From positions 11-64,010 of the forward strand of contig CAKPNG010000002.1 of the NCBI GenBank assembly GCA_934168325.1: DNA of 64,000 nt. The letters run 5' to 3'. Positions within the stretch are counted from its first letter, which is position 1; each line of letters begins with the position of its first letter. Positions 18,148-28,709 of this stretch are shown here, in pieces. A program made the translations under genes and the position numbers. Origin of the DNA: an uncultured Bacilli bacterium. GTDB taxonomy: Bacteria; Bacillota_I; Bacilli_A; RFN20; CAG-826. The notes under the pieces were generated by a model. It was not told the origin of the DNA. It saw nothing but the letters and a program-made list of their open reading frames with translations, and made no database searches.

Positions 18148-18684
18148 TTATTTACCTCTTAATATATATAATCTACTTCTTCCATATCTTAATTCTTTTA
18201 TATTATAATCATTAAATTCATTAATATCTAATTCATTATCTCTTTCTATAATAATAATAGAATCATGATTAATTATTCTATTATTATTTAATAGATCTAT
18301 AAATTCTTTATTTATATTATATCTATAAGGAGGATCTATAAAGATAATATCAAATGTCATATTTAATTTATTGATGATTTTATAAAAATCATCATTATAT
18401 ATCTTTATATCTTCTTTTATATTAAGTTTATTAATATTAGATAATATAACATTATAAGAAGATTTATTTATTTCTATACCTATTACTTTTTTACAACCTC
18501 TACTAATAGCTTCAATAGCAATAGCTCCACTACCACTAAAACAATCTAAAAATGTTTTATTAGATATATCACCTAATGAATTAAATAAACCTTCTTTTAA
18601 GATATCTTTACTAGCTCTAGTAATACTTTTATCAGGTTGATCTAATAATCTTCTTTTATATTTACCACCAATAACTCTAAGCAT
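18148..18684 (-). CDS. rsmD: 16S rRNA (guanine966-N2)-methyltransferase RsmD
   Basis: 178 aa with CFSGSGAIAIEA and DPPY motifs. It is adjacent to coaD, as in the Bacillus ylbH-coaD arrangement. Confidence 0.85.
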   Translation of the reverse strand: MLRVIGGKYKRRLLDQPDKSITRASKDILKEGLFNSLGDISNKTFLDCFSGSGAIAIEAISRGCKKVIGIEINKSSYNVILSNINKLNIKEDIKIYNDDFYKIINKLNMTFDIIFIDPPYRYNINKEFIDLLNNNRIINHDSIIIIERDNELDINEFNDYNIKELRYGRSRLYILRGK

Positions 18685-18685
18685 C

Positions 18686-19027
18686 TTAATCCTTTATAAA
18701 ATTAAATAATTTATTATCTATTTCTTCATATAATTTATTTAAATTATTTATTTTTTCATAATATATTCTTACATCTTCTATCTTATTAATATTATCCATT
18801 ATTTCTTTTAATTTAATATTAATAGATAATACTTCTTTAGAATTTCTACCATAGTGATTAATAGCATCTTCATATTCCATAATAATTAAATCTTTTTTAT
18901 AAGCTAATCTCATAAGTTCTTCATTATTATTTATTTTATTTTCCATCTCTATATATTCTTTATATTCTATTGAATCGTGTATTAATTCATTTAATAAAGA
19001 ACATTTAATTAATAATTCACTATCCAT
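18686..19027 (-). CDS. YlbF/YmcA-family protein
   Basis: 113-aa helical protein at the position of ylbF, upstream of rsmD-coaD. It is a heptad-rich sequence. Confidence 0.5.
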   Translation of the reverse strand: MDSELLIKCSLLNELIHDSIEYKEYIEMENKINNNEELMRLAYKKDLIIMEYEDAINHYGRNSKEVLSINIKLKEIMDNINKIEDVRIYYEKINNLNKLYEEIDNKLFNFIKD

Positions 19028-19117
19028 ATTAATTATTTTAACATAATTAATATGTATAAATGTAGATAAATACGCATAAATATGGTTTAAATATTCAATT
19101 TGTATTATAATTCTTAT

Positions 19118-19666
19118 ATGAAAATTTTTAAGATAGTAAAAGATAACAAGAAAAGTTTAAGAGAAAAAAGTGTAGAAGTAACTTTACCTTTATCTAAAGA
19201 AGATAAAGAAACATTATTTGAGATGTTAGAATATTTAAAAATATCTCAAGATGATGAATTAGCTAATAAATATGGTATTAGATCAGGAGTTGGATTAGCT
19301 GCTCCTCAAATTGGATTAAATAAATGTATGTTAGCAATTTATATACCTACTGAAAAAGAGATATATCAATATTTATTAGTAAATCCAGTTATTGTTAGTG
19401 AAAGTGCTAAATTAGCTTATTTAGAGCAAGGTGAAGGATGTTTATCTGTAGATAAAGATCATAAAGGTTATGTATATCGTCATTATAAGGTAAGAGTTAA
19501 AGCATTTGATGCTTTAGTTAATAAAGATGTTGAATTAGTATTTACTGGTTATTTAGCAATTGTAGTTCAACATGAAATTGATCATTTAAAAGGTATTTTA
19601 TATTATGATCATATTAATAAATTAGAACCTTTTAAGAAATTACCAAATAGTATTTCAATAGGATAA
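19118..19666 (+). CDS. def: Peptide deformylase
   Basis: GVGLAAPQIG, EGCLS and QHEIDHL motifs. The ATG at 19118 is preferred over the TTG at 19100. Confidence 0.92.
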   Translation: MKIFKIVKDNKKSLREKSVEVTLPLSKEDKETLFEMLEYLKISQDDELANKYGIRSGVGLAAPQIGLNKCMLAIYIPTEKEIYQYLLVNPVIVSESAKLAYLEQGEGCLSVDKDHKGYVYRHYKVRVKAFDALVNKDVELVFTGYLAIVVQHEIDHLKGILYYDHINKLEPFKKLPNSISIG

Positions 19667-19770
19667 AAAATTAGTAAATTTTATCTATTTTTCTTGTATC
19701 TATCAGTCTATTTTTATATAATTAAATCGCTTAAGAATTATATATAGATAAAAAGGAGTTTGTTTTTAAA

Positions 19771-21459
19771 ATGGTAATGAAGATAGCGAATAATCCTATC
19801 AAGATTTATGCTTTAGGCGGTCTTGGTGAAGTTGGCAAAAACACTTATTGTATTGAAAGTGAAAGACATTTAATCATTATTGATGCTGGAGTTAAATTCC
19901 CAGAAGATGATTTAGTTGGCGTTGATTATGTCATTCCTAACTATACTCATTTAAAGAATAACCAAGGTAAAATTAGAGCTCTATTTATAACTCATGGTCA
20001 TGAAGACCATATTGGAGCAATTCCTTTTTTAGTTAAAGCAATTAAAGTACCAGTAATATATGCTCCTAGATTAGCTGCAGCATTAATTCGCCAAAAATTA
20101 GAAGAAAAGAAATGTAAAGAAAAAGTTAATATTATTGAATATGATGAAAATAGTAACATCGTAGCTGGTGAATTTAATGTTAGTTTCTTTAGAGTAACTC
20201 ACTCAATTCCTGATTCTTTTGGAATTTGTGTTGATACTAGTGAAGGTCGAATTGTTACTACAGGCGACTTTAAAATCGATTTAACACCTGTTGGTCCTGA
20301 TATTCAAATAGCTAAAATGGCTGATATTGGAGAAAGTGGAGTTGATTTATTACTTGCTGATTCAACTAATGCTGAAAAAGAAGGTTGGACACCTAGTGAA
20401 AGAAATGTTATTAATTCAATTAATGAAATATTTGATAAAGCTCCAGGTAGATTAATTATTTCTACTTTTAGTAGTAACGTCTCTCGTATTCAACAAATTG
20501 TTGAATCAGCTATTTTACATCATCGTAAACTTGTGGTTGTTGGTCGTAGTATGGTCAATACTTTAGAATATGCTCGTAAATTTGGTTATATTAAAATACC
20601 TACAACTATTTTAAGAACTGTTGAAACAATGCATGATTGTAAAGATAGTGAGATGGTTATTTTGTGTACTGGTAGTCAAGGTGAGCCTATGGCTGCTTTA
20701 AGTAGAATTGCTAATGGTACATTTAAGAACTTGCATATAATTCCAGGAGATACAGTTGTATTTTCTAGTTCTCCTATTCCAGGAAATGGAACTAGTATTA
20801 ATAAAGTAGTTAATTTATTAACTAGATTAGGAGCTGATGTTATTACTAATAGTGTATTTAGTGATATCCATTCTTCAGGTCACCCATCTAGAAAAGAACT
20901 TCAATTAAATTTAAAATTATTTAATCCTAAATACTTTATGCCAGCTCATGGTGAATATCATATGCTTAAATTACATGCTGATTTAGCTAAAAATATTGGT
21001 ATTCCTAGTGAAAATATCTTTGTTTTAGGTAATGGTGATACCTTAGTATTAAATAATCATAAAATTACTGATGGTGAGCGTATTATTGCTGATGATGTTT
21101 ATATTGATGGTAATGATATAAACGGTGTTTCTACTGCTGTTATTAGAGACCGTAAGATTCTTCAAGATGATGGAATGGTTAGTGTTTTAATTTGCTTAGA
21201 TTCTAAATCAAATAAATTAGCTACTGCTCCAAAAGTTATTACTTGTGGATTTGTTAGTAATGGTGCTGCTGAATCTCATTTAACTCGTCACGCTTCAACT
21301 CAAGTTGAAGAAGCTTTAAATAATTTATTACTAACTACAAGTAAAGTTACTTTTGGTGATATTAAAAATACTATACGTAGTGTCGTTTCTAAATATTATT
21401 TTAGAAAGACTCAACGTAATCCAATGATTATTCCATTAATCATGAATTATAATAACTAA
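19771..21459 (+). CDS. rnj: Ribonuclease J
   Basis: 562 aa with the metallo-beta-lactamase motif HGHEDHIG, beta-CASP layout and an RNase J C-terminal domain. Confidence 0.92.
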   Translation: MVMKIANNPIKIYALGGLGEVGKNTYCIESERHLIIIDAGVKFPEDDLVGVDYVIPNYTHLKNNQGKIRALFITHGHEDHIGAIPFLVKAIKVPVIYAPRLAAALIRQKLEEKKCKEKVNIIEYDENSNIVAGEFNVSFFRVTHSIPDSFGICVDTSEGRIVTTGDFKIDLTPVGPDIQIAKMADIGESGVDLLLADSTNAEKEGWTPSERNVINSINEIFDKAPGRLIISTFSSNVSRIQQIVESAILHHRKLVVVGRSMVNTLEYARKFGYIKIPTTILRTVETMHDCKDSEMVILCTGSQGEPMAALSRIANGTFKNLHIIPGDTVVFSSSPIPGNGTSINKVVNLLTRLGADVITNSVFSDIHSSGHPSRKELQLNLKLFNPKYFMPAHGEYHMLKLHADLAKNIGIPSENIFVLGNGDTLVLNNHKITDGERIIADDVYIDGNDINGVSTAVIRDRKILQDDGMVSVLICLDSKSNKLATAPKVITCGFVSNGAAESHLTRHASTQVEEALNNLLLTTSKVTFGDIKNTIRSVVSKYYFRKTQRNPMIIPLIMNYNN

Positions 21460-22019
21460 TGATTTATTTAGGTAGTTCTTCTCCTCGAAGAATTGAATAT
21501 ATTAAAAAAATTACTAATGATTTCAAAATAATAAATCCTCTTTTTGATGAATCAAAAGTATCTAAAAATGATTTATTTTATTCATTTAAAATTAGTAGAA
21601 AAAAGCTTCTTTCTATAAAAAACCTTGTAAAACCCCAAGATTTTTTTATTTGTTTTGATACAATAGTTAAATATAAAAATCATATATTAACTAAACCAGT
21701 TAATGAATTAGAAGCTAAAAAAGATTTAAAGATGCTATCTAATCATAAGCATGTTGTTATTACTAGTGTTACTTATTCTTATCAAAATAAAATACATACT
21801 AAATTAATTAAAACTAAAGTATATTTTAATAAATTAACTGATAAAGATATCTCTACTTATATTAAAGAAGTATATGTTTATGATAAAGCTGGATCTTATG
21901 CTATCCAAGAAGATTCATCTATTAAATTAATTAAAGAAATAAAGGGAAGCTACTCTAATGTAGTAGGCTTCCCTATTGAATGCGTTACTAAGATATTAAA
22001 GAAATATAATATTATTTAA
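21459..22019 (+). CDS. maf: Maf-like nucleoside triphosphate pyrophosphatase
   Basis: 186 aa with LGSSSPRR at the N-terminus and DKAGSYAIQE. Confidence 0.85.
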   Translation: MIYLGSSSPRRIEYIKKITNDFKIINPLFDESKVSKNDLFYSFKISRKKLLSIKNLVKPQDFFICFDTIVKYKNHILTKPVNELEAKKDLKMLSNHKHVVITSVTYSYQNKIHTKLIKTKVYFNKLTDKDISTYIKEVYVYDKAGSYAIQEDSSIKLIKEIKGSYSNVVGFPIECVTKILKKYNII

Positions 22020-22785
22020 TAAAAGCATCATTAACTTTATTTATAAAACTAACATTAGGATGTTTTAATACTCTTATTTTCCTATCACTAATATAAATTT
22101 TAATGGCTCCATTAAAATTATCTAGATTATAACTATTATTATCGTAATATATTGAAAATTTATTATAAGCAAAGTTATCTATAGTTATAATATCATCTTT
22201 ATTAAAGATGATAGGTGAATTAATTGAAGAATAGCATCTATTATTAATAGGTGTTTTTTCAATTAATTGCATAATTTCTAATTCGTGACTTACTAAAGCT
22301 CCACCTAATCCTTTATTAATACCACTACTTCCTATTGAAGAAGAAATACAAACACCATCAGCATTTAATCTTTCTAAAAAGTCATCATTAACACTAATAT
22401 CAAAACGTAATGAACTTCCATCATTACTTTCAATACGTACTTCATTTAATGAATAATATGTTTCATTATTAACTTCAAATCCTAATAATGAATAATCTTT
22501 ATAGTTATCTTGATATTCATTAATAATATTTTTAATAATATTAAAATCATCAATAACAAATTCACATAAAAATCCTAAATTACCTTCATTAATCCCAATA
22601 AATATTGGAACTTTATCTAAATAAGCATGTACTGCTTTTAAAAATGTTCCATCTCCACCTATAGAAAATACAAATTCTGGATTATATTCATCTAGAGTGT
22701 GTCCTTCATTTACTAATATATCTATTAGTCTTTCACTTAGTTTTAAGCAACGTTCGTTGTCTTTGTTTTTAACGTAAAATCTCAT
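22012..22785 (-). CDS. nadK: NAD kinase
   Basis: GGDGTFL motif. The start is taken at MRFYVKNK (22785). The 22887 start overlaps the divergent CYTH gene and looks like an ORF-caller extension. Confidence 0.88.
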   Translation of the reverse strand: MRFYVKNKDNERCLKLSERLIDILVNEGHTLDEYNPEFVFSIGGDGTFLKAVHAYLDKVPIFIGINEGNLGFLCEFVIDDFNIIKNIINEYQDNYKDYSLLGFEVNNETYYSLNEVRIESNDGSSLRFDISVNDDFLERLNADGVCISSSIGSSGINKGLGGALVSHELEIMQLIEKTPINNRCYSSINSPIIFNKDDIITIDNFAYNKFSIYYDNNSYNLDNFNGAIKIYISDRKIRVLKHPNVSFINKVNDAFIK

Positions 22786-22846
22786 ATGAATTCCTTTAAA
22801 AAAATCCTTATTTATTGTATCATATTTTATAGGAGAATTAATAGAT

Positions 22847-23428
22847 ATGGCAACAAATATTGAAATTGAAGCAAAAGTATTAATCACAAAAGAAGAATAT
22901 TTACGAGTAATTAAATTTTATAAAAAAGAAAACGGTACTAGAATAGATCAAACTAACTATTATATCGATACTGATGATTTATTCTTAAAGAAATTTGGTA
23001 TTGGCTTAAGAATTAGAGAAAAAGGTTATTTCACATTAAACTTAAAAGCACCTATGGCTGAAGGTTTACTTGAAAAGAAAGAATCTATTTCTAAAGAGCA
23101 ATACGAAGATTTTAAAAACAAAGGCATCTTCCCAACTGGAGACATTAAAAATTTCTTATTAATGCTTGATGTCGATGTTACAAAACTTAAAATTCAAACT
23201 TCTTTATTTACTGAAAGAATTGAAATCGATAACTATGCTAGTGGGGAAATCTTTTCCATTGACAAAAATAAATACAACGGAATTGAAGACTATGAACTTG
23301 AAATGGAAGGTAATTCCATCGATAGAGCTAGAAATGCATTAAAAGAAAAATGTGCTGAACTTAATATTCCATATGTCGAAAATCAAAAATCGAAACAAGT
23401 TCGTGCAATGGATACTATTAAAAAATAA
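22847..23428 (+). CDS. CYTH-domain (triphosphate tunnel metalloenzyme, YjbK-like) protein
   Basis: 193 aa with an N-terminal EIEAKVLI (ExExK) motif. It is divergent from nadK, as in the Bacillus yjbK-ppnK region. Confidence 0.8.
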   Translation: MATNIEIEAKVLITKEEYLRVIKFYKKENGTRIDQTNYYIDTDDLFLKKFGIGLRIREKGYFTLNLKAPMAEGLLEKKESISKEQYEDFKNKGIFPTGDIKNFLLMLDVDVTKLKIQTSLFTERIEIDNYASGEIFSIDKNKYNGIEDYELEMEGNSIDRARNALKEKCAELNIPYVENQKSKQVRAMDTIKK

Positions 23429-23446
23429 AATTAATTATTAAGAGTT

Positions 23447-23479
23447 AAAAAACCTATGTCGATAAAACATAGGTTTTTT
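23447..23479. terminator. Bidirectional terminator hairpin
   Basis: AAAAAACCTATGT-cgataaa-ACATAGGTTTTTT lies between the convergent CYTH gene and spx. Confidence 0.75.
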
Positions 23480-23518
23480 CATTTAAAAGTCTTTAGAACT
23501 CAACTATTTTTTCAAATT

Positions 23519-23965
23519 TTAATTATTTTGCTTAAAAGCTTCATTGTCTTTTTGGCAATTTGGACAATCTTCACATTGTTCAAATTTAGGACAATTAAGT
23601 CTTCCTATTCTTCTAGCTGCTGGAATAAAAGAACGAATTTCTTCTTCGTTATATCCAACTTGAATCTTGCGATCATCAACCATAATAGGCCTTTTCAAGC
23701 AACTTGGATTCTTTTTAATAAATTCAATTAATTCATTGACAGTCATTGAATCGATATCAATGTTACCTTCTTTAATAATATTACTTCTTTTAGAAATAAT
23801 ATCATCCGTACCATTTTCAGTTTTTGATAAAATATCTTTAAGTTCTGTAGGATTTAAAACAGATGTAAAAATGTTTTTTTCAACATAAGGTATTTTCTGT
23901 TCATCAAACCATTTCTTAACTTTTCTACAACTTGAACAACTTGGTGAAGTGTAAATTCTAATCAT
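23519..23965 (-). CDS. spx: Spx/ArsC-family global regulator with a Cys-rich C-terminal extension
   Basis: MIRIYTSPSCSSCRKVKKWFDEQKIPYVEKNI (CxxC redox switch). 148 aa, with the tail CPKFEQCEDCPNCQKD. Confidence 0.88.
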   Translation of the reverse strand: MIRIYTSPSCSSCRKVKKWFDEQKIPYVEKNIFTSVLNPTELKDILSKTENGTDDIISKRSNIIKEGNIDIDSMTVNELIEFIKKNPSCLKRPIMVDDRKIQVGYNEEEIRSFIPAARRIGRLNCPKFEQCEDCPNCQKDNEAFKQNN

Positions 23966-23990
23966 TTTTAAATCCCTCCCTCTTAATATT

Positions 23991-24635
23991 TTACTTTATA
24001 TAATTTAATATTTCATTAAACTTTTCAATTTTGAATCCAACAATTTCTAATTTGTGTTCTTTACTACAATATCCATAATCACAAAAACAAAAATCCATGC
24101 CAATATTTCTACTAGTTAAAAAGTCAACGTATCCATCTCCGATATATAATCCATTAATGGGATATAAATTAAATTTATCTAATATTATTTTTAATAATGT
24201 TACATCTGGTTTAGGAGGATAAGCTTCATCTTGACCTTGTAAATATAAGAAATCAATCATATTTAATTTATCAGCCATCAATTTTTGTAATATATGATTA
24301 GGTTTATTACTATAAACGATAATTTTAATACCTAATTCATTTAATTTGAGTAATGTATCTTTAACAGTTTCATAAGGTTCACTATTATATTGATTTGCTT
24401 CATATAATTTTAAAAAATATTGATATTTAGCTTCTAAATCATCATTAAAATGATCTTCATGAACTAAAGATAAAAATAAACGACGTGCACCTCTACCTAT
24501 AAATCCTTGTACTTCATCTTCGCTATATCTATAACTATAATTAAAATGCTCTAACATTAAATTACTTGCTACAGTCATTCCTGGAAGAGTATTAATAAGT
24601 GTACCATCTAGATCAATTACAACAAAATTCTTCAT
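23991..24635 (-). CDS. HAD-superfamily hydrolase (phosphoglycolate phosphatase-like)
   Basis: VIDLDGTLINT (DxDGT), a SNK motif and GDGYVD. Confidence 0.75.
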   Translation of the reverse strand: MKNFVVIDLDGTLINTLPGMTVASNLMLEHFNYSYRYSEDEVQGFIGRGARRLFLSLVHEDHFNDDLEAKYQYFLKLYEANQYNSEPYETVKDTLLKLNELGIKIIVYSNKPNHILQKLMADKLNMIDFLYLQGQDEAYPPKPDVTLLKIILDKFNLYPINGLYIGDGYVDFLTSRNIGMDFCFCDYGYCSKEHKLEIVGFKIEKFNEILNYIK

Positions 24636-24660
24636 TATAAGTTCTCTCCTATCGTTTAGA

Positions 24661-24687
24661 AATAAAAAGGAGGGTAAAAGCCCTCCT
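24661..24687 (-). terminator. Rho-independent terminator ending the ribosomal supercluster
   Basis: On the minus strand, AGGAGGG-cuuuua-CCCTCCT is followed by TTTTTATTT, downstream of rplQ. Confidence 0.8.
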
Positions 24688-24707
24688 AATCGTTCTTATT
24701 ATTTTAA

Positions 24708-25103
24708 TTAGTCTGCTAAGATAAGAAGTCTTTGTGGAGCATTATCGCCTTTTCTATTTTCAAGTTTTAAAACGCGAATATATCCACCATTACGATTAGC
24801 AAATCTTTTTGCTAAATCATTGAATAATTTATCTAAAGCATCGACATCGTTAGCTAAATTGTATTTTCTAAGAATACTAGCTGCGAGTCTTCTACTATGT
24901 AAATCACCTTTTTTTGCATAAGTAACGAGTCTATCAAATGTTTTAACAACATCTTTAACCATACTTCTTGTAACTGTTACTTTTTCAAAAATAACGAGTT
25001 CAGTGCAAAGATTTCTTACTTGGGCTTTTTGTTTACTTGAGGTATAAGGAGTCTTAAATCTAACACCACCCTTACCATGAACATTCTTTCTACCTATTTG
25101 CAT
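24708..25103 (-). CDS. rplQ: 50S ribosomal protein L17
   Basis: KQKAQVRNLCTELVIFEKVTVT...GDLHSRRLAAS, in the position after rpoA. Confidence 0.9.
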   Translation of the reverse strand: MQIGRKNVHGKGGVRFKTPYTSSKQKAQVRNLCTELVIFEKVTVTRSMVKDVVKTFDRLVTYAKKGDLHSRRLAASILRKYNLANDVDALDKLFNDLAKRFANRNGGYIRVLKLENRKGDNAPQRLLILAD

Positions 25104-25125
25104 AATTATCTCCCTTTATTTAGAA

Positions 25126-26115
25126 TTAGTCTTCTTTAGATTCTTTAAAAGATAATCCTTTTTCTTCAAGTTTATCTTTTACTTCTTTAAGAGATTTCTT
25201 TCCTAAATTTCTAACTTTCATCATTTCAGCTTCACTCTTTTGAGTTAATTCTAATACGTTAGAAATACCAGCTCTTTTTAAGCAGTTATAACTTCTAACA
25301 CTTAAGTCAAGATCTTCTACTGAAAGATTTTCAAATGTTTCTTCTTTAACTTTTTCTGGATCTTTAACAAGATCTAAATCAGAATATTTATCTTTATTTA
25401 AATCAAGTAAATTATCTAAATAAGCGATTAATATTTTACTTGCTAAGCTTACAGCATCTTGAGGAGCAATTGAACCATTAGTCCAAACTTCAAGAGTTAA
25501 TTTATCATAATGTGAATCATGACCAACACGGGTAGGTTCAACACTATAATTTACTTTAGTAACACTTGAAAAATTGCTATCTGTAGCTATTCCGTGTAAA
25601 GGTAATTTATTTAAAGTTTTGTTTTGTTCACTAGTGACATAGCCTCTACCATTTTTAATATGGAGAGTCATTTTTAAATGTCCACCTTCAGCGACATGAG
25701 CAATAACTAAATCTTTATTAATAACTTCTACACCTGTAGGAAGTTCGATATCTCCAGCTAAGAAATCTCTTGGACCATGGATATCTACATAAGCAGTATA
25801 ATCTTCATCTTCGATAGTATCGGATTTTAAGATTAAATCTTTTAAATTTAAGATAATTTGTGTTAAATCTTCTTCGATTCCTTCTAAAGCAGTAAATTCG
25901 TGAACTGCACCTTCAATTTCAACACAGTAAACACTAGTACCAGGTAAACTAGAAAGTAATACACGTCTGAGTGCATTTCCTAAAGTTGTACCAAATCCTC
26001 TTTCGAGAGGTTCACAGACGATTCTAGCATAATTTTCACTAGGATCAGAAACTGTCATATTGAAAGAACATCTTTCAAAAGGACGAGCGATTTTTACTTC
26101 ATTACTATTTTCCAT
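25126..26115 (-). CDS. rpoA: DNA-directed RNA polymerase alpha subunit
   Basis: ERGFGTTLGNALRRVLLSSLPG and the C-terminal domain motif LSVRSYNCLKRAGI. Confidence 0.95.
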   Translation of the reverse strand: MENSNEVKIARPFERCSFNMTVSDPSENYARIVCEPLERGFGTTLGNALRRVLLSSLPGTSVYCVEIEGAVHEFTALEGIEEDLTQIILNLKDLILKSDTIEDEDYTAYVDIHGPRDFLAGDIELPTGVEVINKDLVIAHVAEGGHLKMTLHIKNGRGYVTSEQNKTLNKLPLHGIATDSNFSSVTKVNYSVEPTRVGHDSHYDKLTLEVWTNGSIAPQDAVSLASKILIAYLDNLLDLNKDKYSDLDLVKDPEKVKEETFENLSVEDLDLSVRSYNCLKRAGISNVLELTQKSEAEMMKVRNLGKKSLKEVKDKLEEKGLSFKESKED

Positions 26116-26138
26116 TTTCTAGCCTCCTATATTATTTA

Positions 26139-26528
26139 TTAACCGTGTGGATGCTTTGGTGGACGGCAACCATTATGTGGAATAGGTGTAGTATCAATAA
26201 TTGATGTGATTGTAAGTCCAGCATTAGCTAAAGCTCTAATTGCGCTTTCTCTACCTGCACCTGGGCCTTTAACATCAACATCAACAGATTTAATACCTTG
26301 TTCAACAGCAGCCTTACCAGCGGCTTCAGCAGCACTTTGAGCAGCAAAAGGAGTTGATTTCTTTGCACCTTTAAATCCTAATACACCAGTACTTGACCAG
26401 GCAATTGCATTACCTTTTTCATCAGTAATAGTGATGATAGTGTTATTAAAGGTTGCATGAATATGAGCAACACCTTTCGTAAAAGCTCTTTTAATTTTCT
26501 TTTTACGAGTAGTTTGTTTATTAGCCAT
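26139..26528 (-). CDS. rpsK: 30S ribosomal protein S11
   Basis: [18 protein letters not shown]. Confidence 0.95.
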   Translation of the reverse strand: MANKQTTRKKKIKRAFTKGVAHIHATFNNTIITITDEKGNAIAWSSTGVLGFKGAKKSTPFAAQSAAEAAGKAAVEQGIKSVDVDVKGPGAGRESAIRALANAGLTITSIIDTTPIPHNGCRPPKHPHG

Positions 26529-26544
26529 ATCTATTTAACCTCCT

Positions 26545-26919
26545 TTACTTAACTGCTTCTTTCTTGTTAGCAATAGTCTTACGTGGACCTTTACGAGTTC
26601 TTGCGTTGGTCTTTGTTCTTTGACCTCTAACTGGGAGTCCTCTTCTATGACGGATTCCTCTATAGCAGCCAATTTCTTGAAGTCTTTTAATGTTCATTAA
26701 AACTTCACGTCTAAGATCACCTTCAACTTTAAAGTGACTTACTTCATTTCTAATTCTTGTTAATTCGTCTTCACTTAAATCTTTGACTCTTTTTGTGCCA
26801 TCAACTTTAGCGAGTTCGACGATCTTTTTTGCACTTGATAATCCGATACCGTAAATATAGGTTAATGAATAAGTTACTGACTTATCATTTGGAATATCAA
26901 CACCGACAACACGTGCCAT
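26545..26919 (-). CDS. rpsM: 30S ribosomal protein S13
   Basis: [13 protein letters not shown]...[19 protein letters not shown]. Confidence 0.95.
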   Translation of the reverse strand: MARVVGVDIPNDKSVTYSLTYIYGIGLSSAKKIVELAKVDGTKRVKDLSEDELTRIRNEVSHFKVEGDLRREVLMNIKRLQEIGCYRGIRHRRGLPVRGQRTKTNARTRKGPRKTIANKKEAVK

Positions 26920-26937
26920 AATTTTTTTCCTCCTAAA

Positions 26938-27051
26938 TTAACCTTGTCTTTGTTTGTGTTTTGGGTTTGAGCAGATGACCATGACTTTGCCATGTCTTCT
27001 GATAACCTTGCATTTGTCACAAATTGGTTTTACTGAGGGTCTTACTTTCAT
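26938..27051 (-). CDS. rpmJ: 50S ribosomal protein L36 (not in the supplied ORF track)
   Basis: Manual translation of the minus strand gives [37 protein letters not shown]. Confidence 0.93.
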   Translation of the reverse strand: MKVRPSVKPICDKCKVIRRHGKVMVICSNPKHKQRQG

Positions 27052-27066
27052 AATGTTACCTCCTAA

Positions 27067-27285
27067 TTACTTATGTCTAAAGACGATTCTGCCATTGTTT
27101 AAATCATAAGGCGAGAGCTCGATGGTAACTTTATCACCAGGTAAGATGCGAATGTAATGCATTCGGATTTTACCTGAAACAGTGGCATGAATTACTACAT
27201 CGTTTTCTAGTTTTACTTTGAAATTACAATTAGGTAAAGCTTCGACAACTGTCGCCTCTACGGTTATAACATCTTGTTTTGCCAT
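27067..27285 (-). CDS. infA: Translation initiation factor IF-1
   Basis: 72 aa: [24 protein letters not shown]....[19 protein letters not shown]. Confidence 0.95.
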   Translation of the reverse strand: MAKQDVITVEATVVEALPNCNFKVKLENDVVIHATVSGKIRMHYIRILPGDKVTIELSPYDLNNGRIVFRHK

Positions 27286-28055
27286 TAATGTCTATTTTCT
27301 CCTTCTTTTAAAGTAATGATCTCATAGCCATCATCCGTAACTACGACCGTATTTTCGTAGTGGCTACATATTTTACCATCTATTGTCTTCGTTGTCCAAC
27401 CATCATCTAAGATTTTTACATCTTTTTTGCCTAAATTGACCATAGGTTCGATTGCAATCGTCATACCTTTACAAATTTTAGGACCAAGATGAGGTTTTCC
27501 AACATTTGGAATAAATGGATCTTCATGGACTTCACGTCCAACACCATGTCCTGCGAAGTCTTCAGTTAAACTATATCCAAAGCTTTTAACATAAGTTTCA
27601 ATTGCGTTAGATATATCCCCGATATGATTACCAGGTTTAACCATACTTACACCTTTGAAGAATGCTTCTTCAGTGACTTCCATAAGTTTAGTCGCTTCTT
27701 CACTTACTTTGCCAACAGGATAAGTTCTTGCTGCATCTGCAGTATAACCATTTTTAGTAACAAGAACATCGTAAGTTACGATATCTCCTTCTTTTAAGAT
27801 AATCTTTTTAGAAGGAATTCCGTGTACTAAAGTATCATTAACTGAGACACAAATTTCTCCTGGGTAACCTTCATAATCTTTACAAGATGGTATTGCGCCT
27901 TGTGAGCGAATAAATTTTCCTGCTAGATGAGCAAGTTCCCAAGTAGATTTTCCAGGGACAGTATTTTCTTTTAAGATGTCGAACAAATCAATAACTATCT
28001 TCCCGGCTTCTTTTATTAAAGCGATCTCGCGGGGAGATTTAATAATAATGCTCAT
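27285..28055 (-). CDS. map: Methionine aminopeptidase type I
   Basis: [12 protein letters not shown] with metal ligands in the D..D / H / E / E arrangement (AIEPM). Confidence 0.93.
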   Translation of the reverse strand: MSIIIKSPREIALIKEAGKIVIDLFDILKENTVPGKSTWELAHLAGKFIRSQGAIPSCKDYEGYPGEICVSVNDTLVHGIPSKKIILKEGDIVTYDVLVTKNGYTADAARTYPVGKVSEEATKLMEVTEEAFFKGVSMVKPGNHIGDISNAIETYVKSFGYSLTEDFAGHGVGREVHEDPFIPNVGKPHLGPKICKGMTIAIEPMVNLGKKDVKILDDGWTTKTIDGKICSHYENTVVVTDDGYEIITLKEGENRH

Positions 28056-28059
28056 TAAA

Positions 28060-28707
28060 TCACCCTAAGATTGCGATAATATCATCTAATATTTTATCTA
28101 ATGGTAATGTACCATCAACTTCATGAAGTAAATTAGCATTAGCATAAAATTTGACTAATGGAGTTGTATTGTGATGATATTCATCTAAACGAGCTTTAAG
28201 TGTTTCGATATTATCATCTTTTCTTTGAATAAGTTCTCCACCACATAAATCACAAACACCATCAACTTTAGGTGGCATGTTTTTAACGTGATAAGGAGCA
28301 CCACAACTCTTACATACTCTTCTTCCTATAATACGTTCTACTAAAACATTTTCAGGAACAACAATATTTATAACATAATTTACTGGGCGTTTTAACTCAG
28401 TTCCAATTTCTTCAAGAGCTTCAGCTTGAGGAATAGTTCTAGGAAAACCATCTAATAAGAATCCTTCATTACAATCATCTTTAGAAAGTCTTTCTTTAAC
28501 TAAACCAATTGTTACTTCATCAGGAACAAGTAAACCTTGAGAAATATAAGAATTTGCTAATTCGCCAAGTGGGGTCTTATTTTTGATTGCTTCACGGAAC
28601 ATATCACCTGTAGAAATATGAGGGATATTTAATTTGGCACAAATCTTTTTAGCATTTGTTCCTTTTCCTGCTCCTGGAGCACCAAGTAAGATAATACTTT
28701 TAATCAT
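28060..28707 (-). CDS. adk: Adenylate kinase (zinc-lid type)
   Basis: LLGAPGAGKGT, with lid CKSCGAPYH...CDLCGG. Confidence 0.95.
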   Translation of the reverse strand: MIKSIILLGAPGAGKGTNAKKICAKLNIPHISTGDMFREAIKNKTPLGELANSYISQGLLVPDEVTIGLVKERLSKDDCNEGFLLDGFPRTIPQAEALEEIGTELKRPVNYVINIVVPENVLVERIIGRRVCKSCGAPYHVKNMPPKVDGVCDLCGGELIQRKDDNIETLKARLDEYHHNTTPLVKFYANANLLHEVDGTLPLDKILDDIIAILG

Positions 28708-28709
28708 TT

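Noticed and set aside
23456-23888. Plus-strand ORFs 23456..23731 and 23667..23888
   Set aside because: They are antisense to spx, which is unambiguous. The first begins inside the bidirectional terminator.
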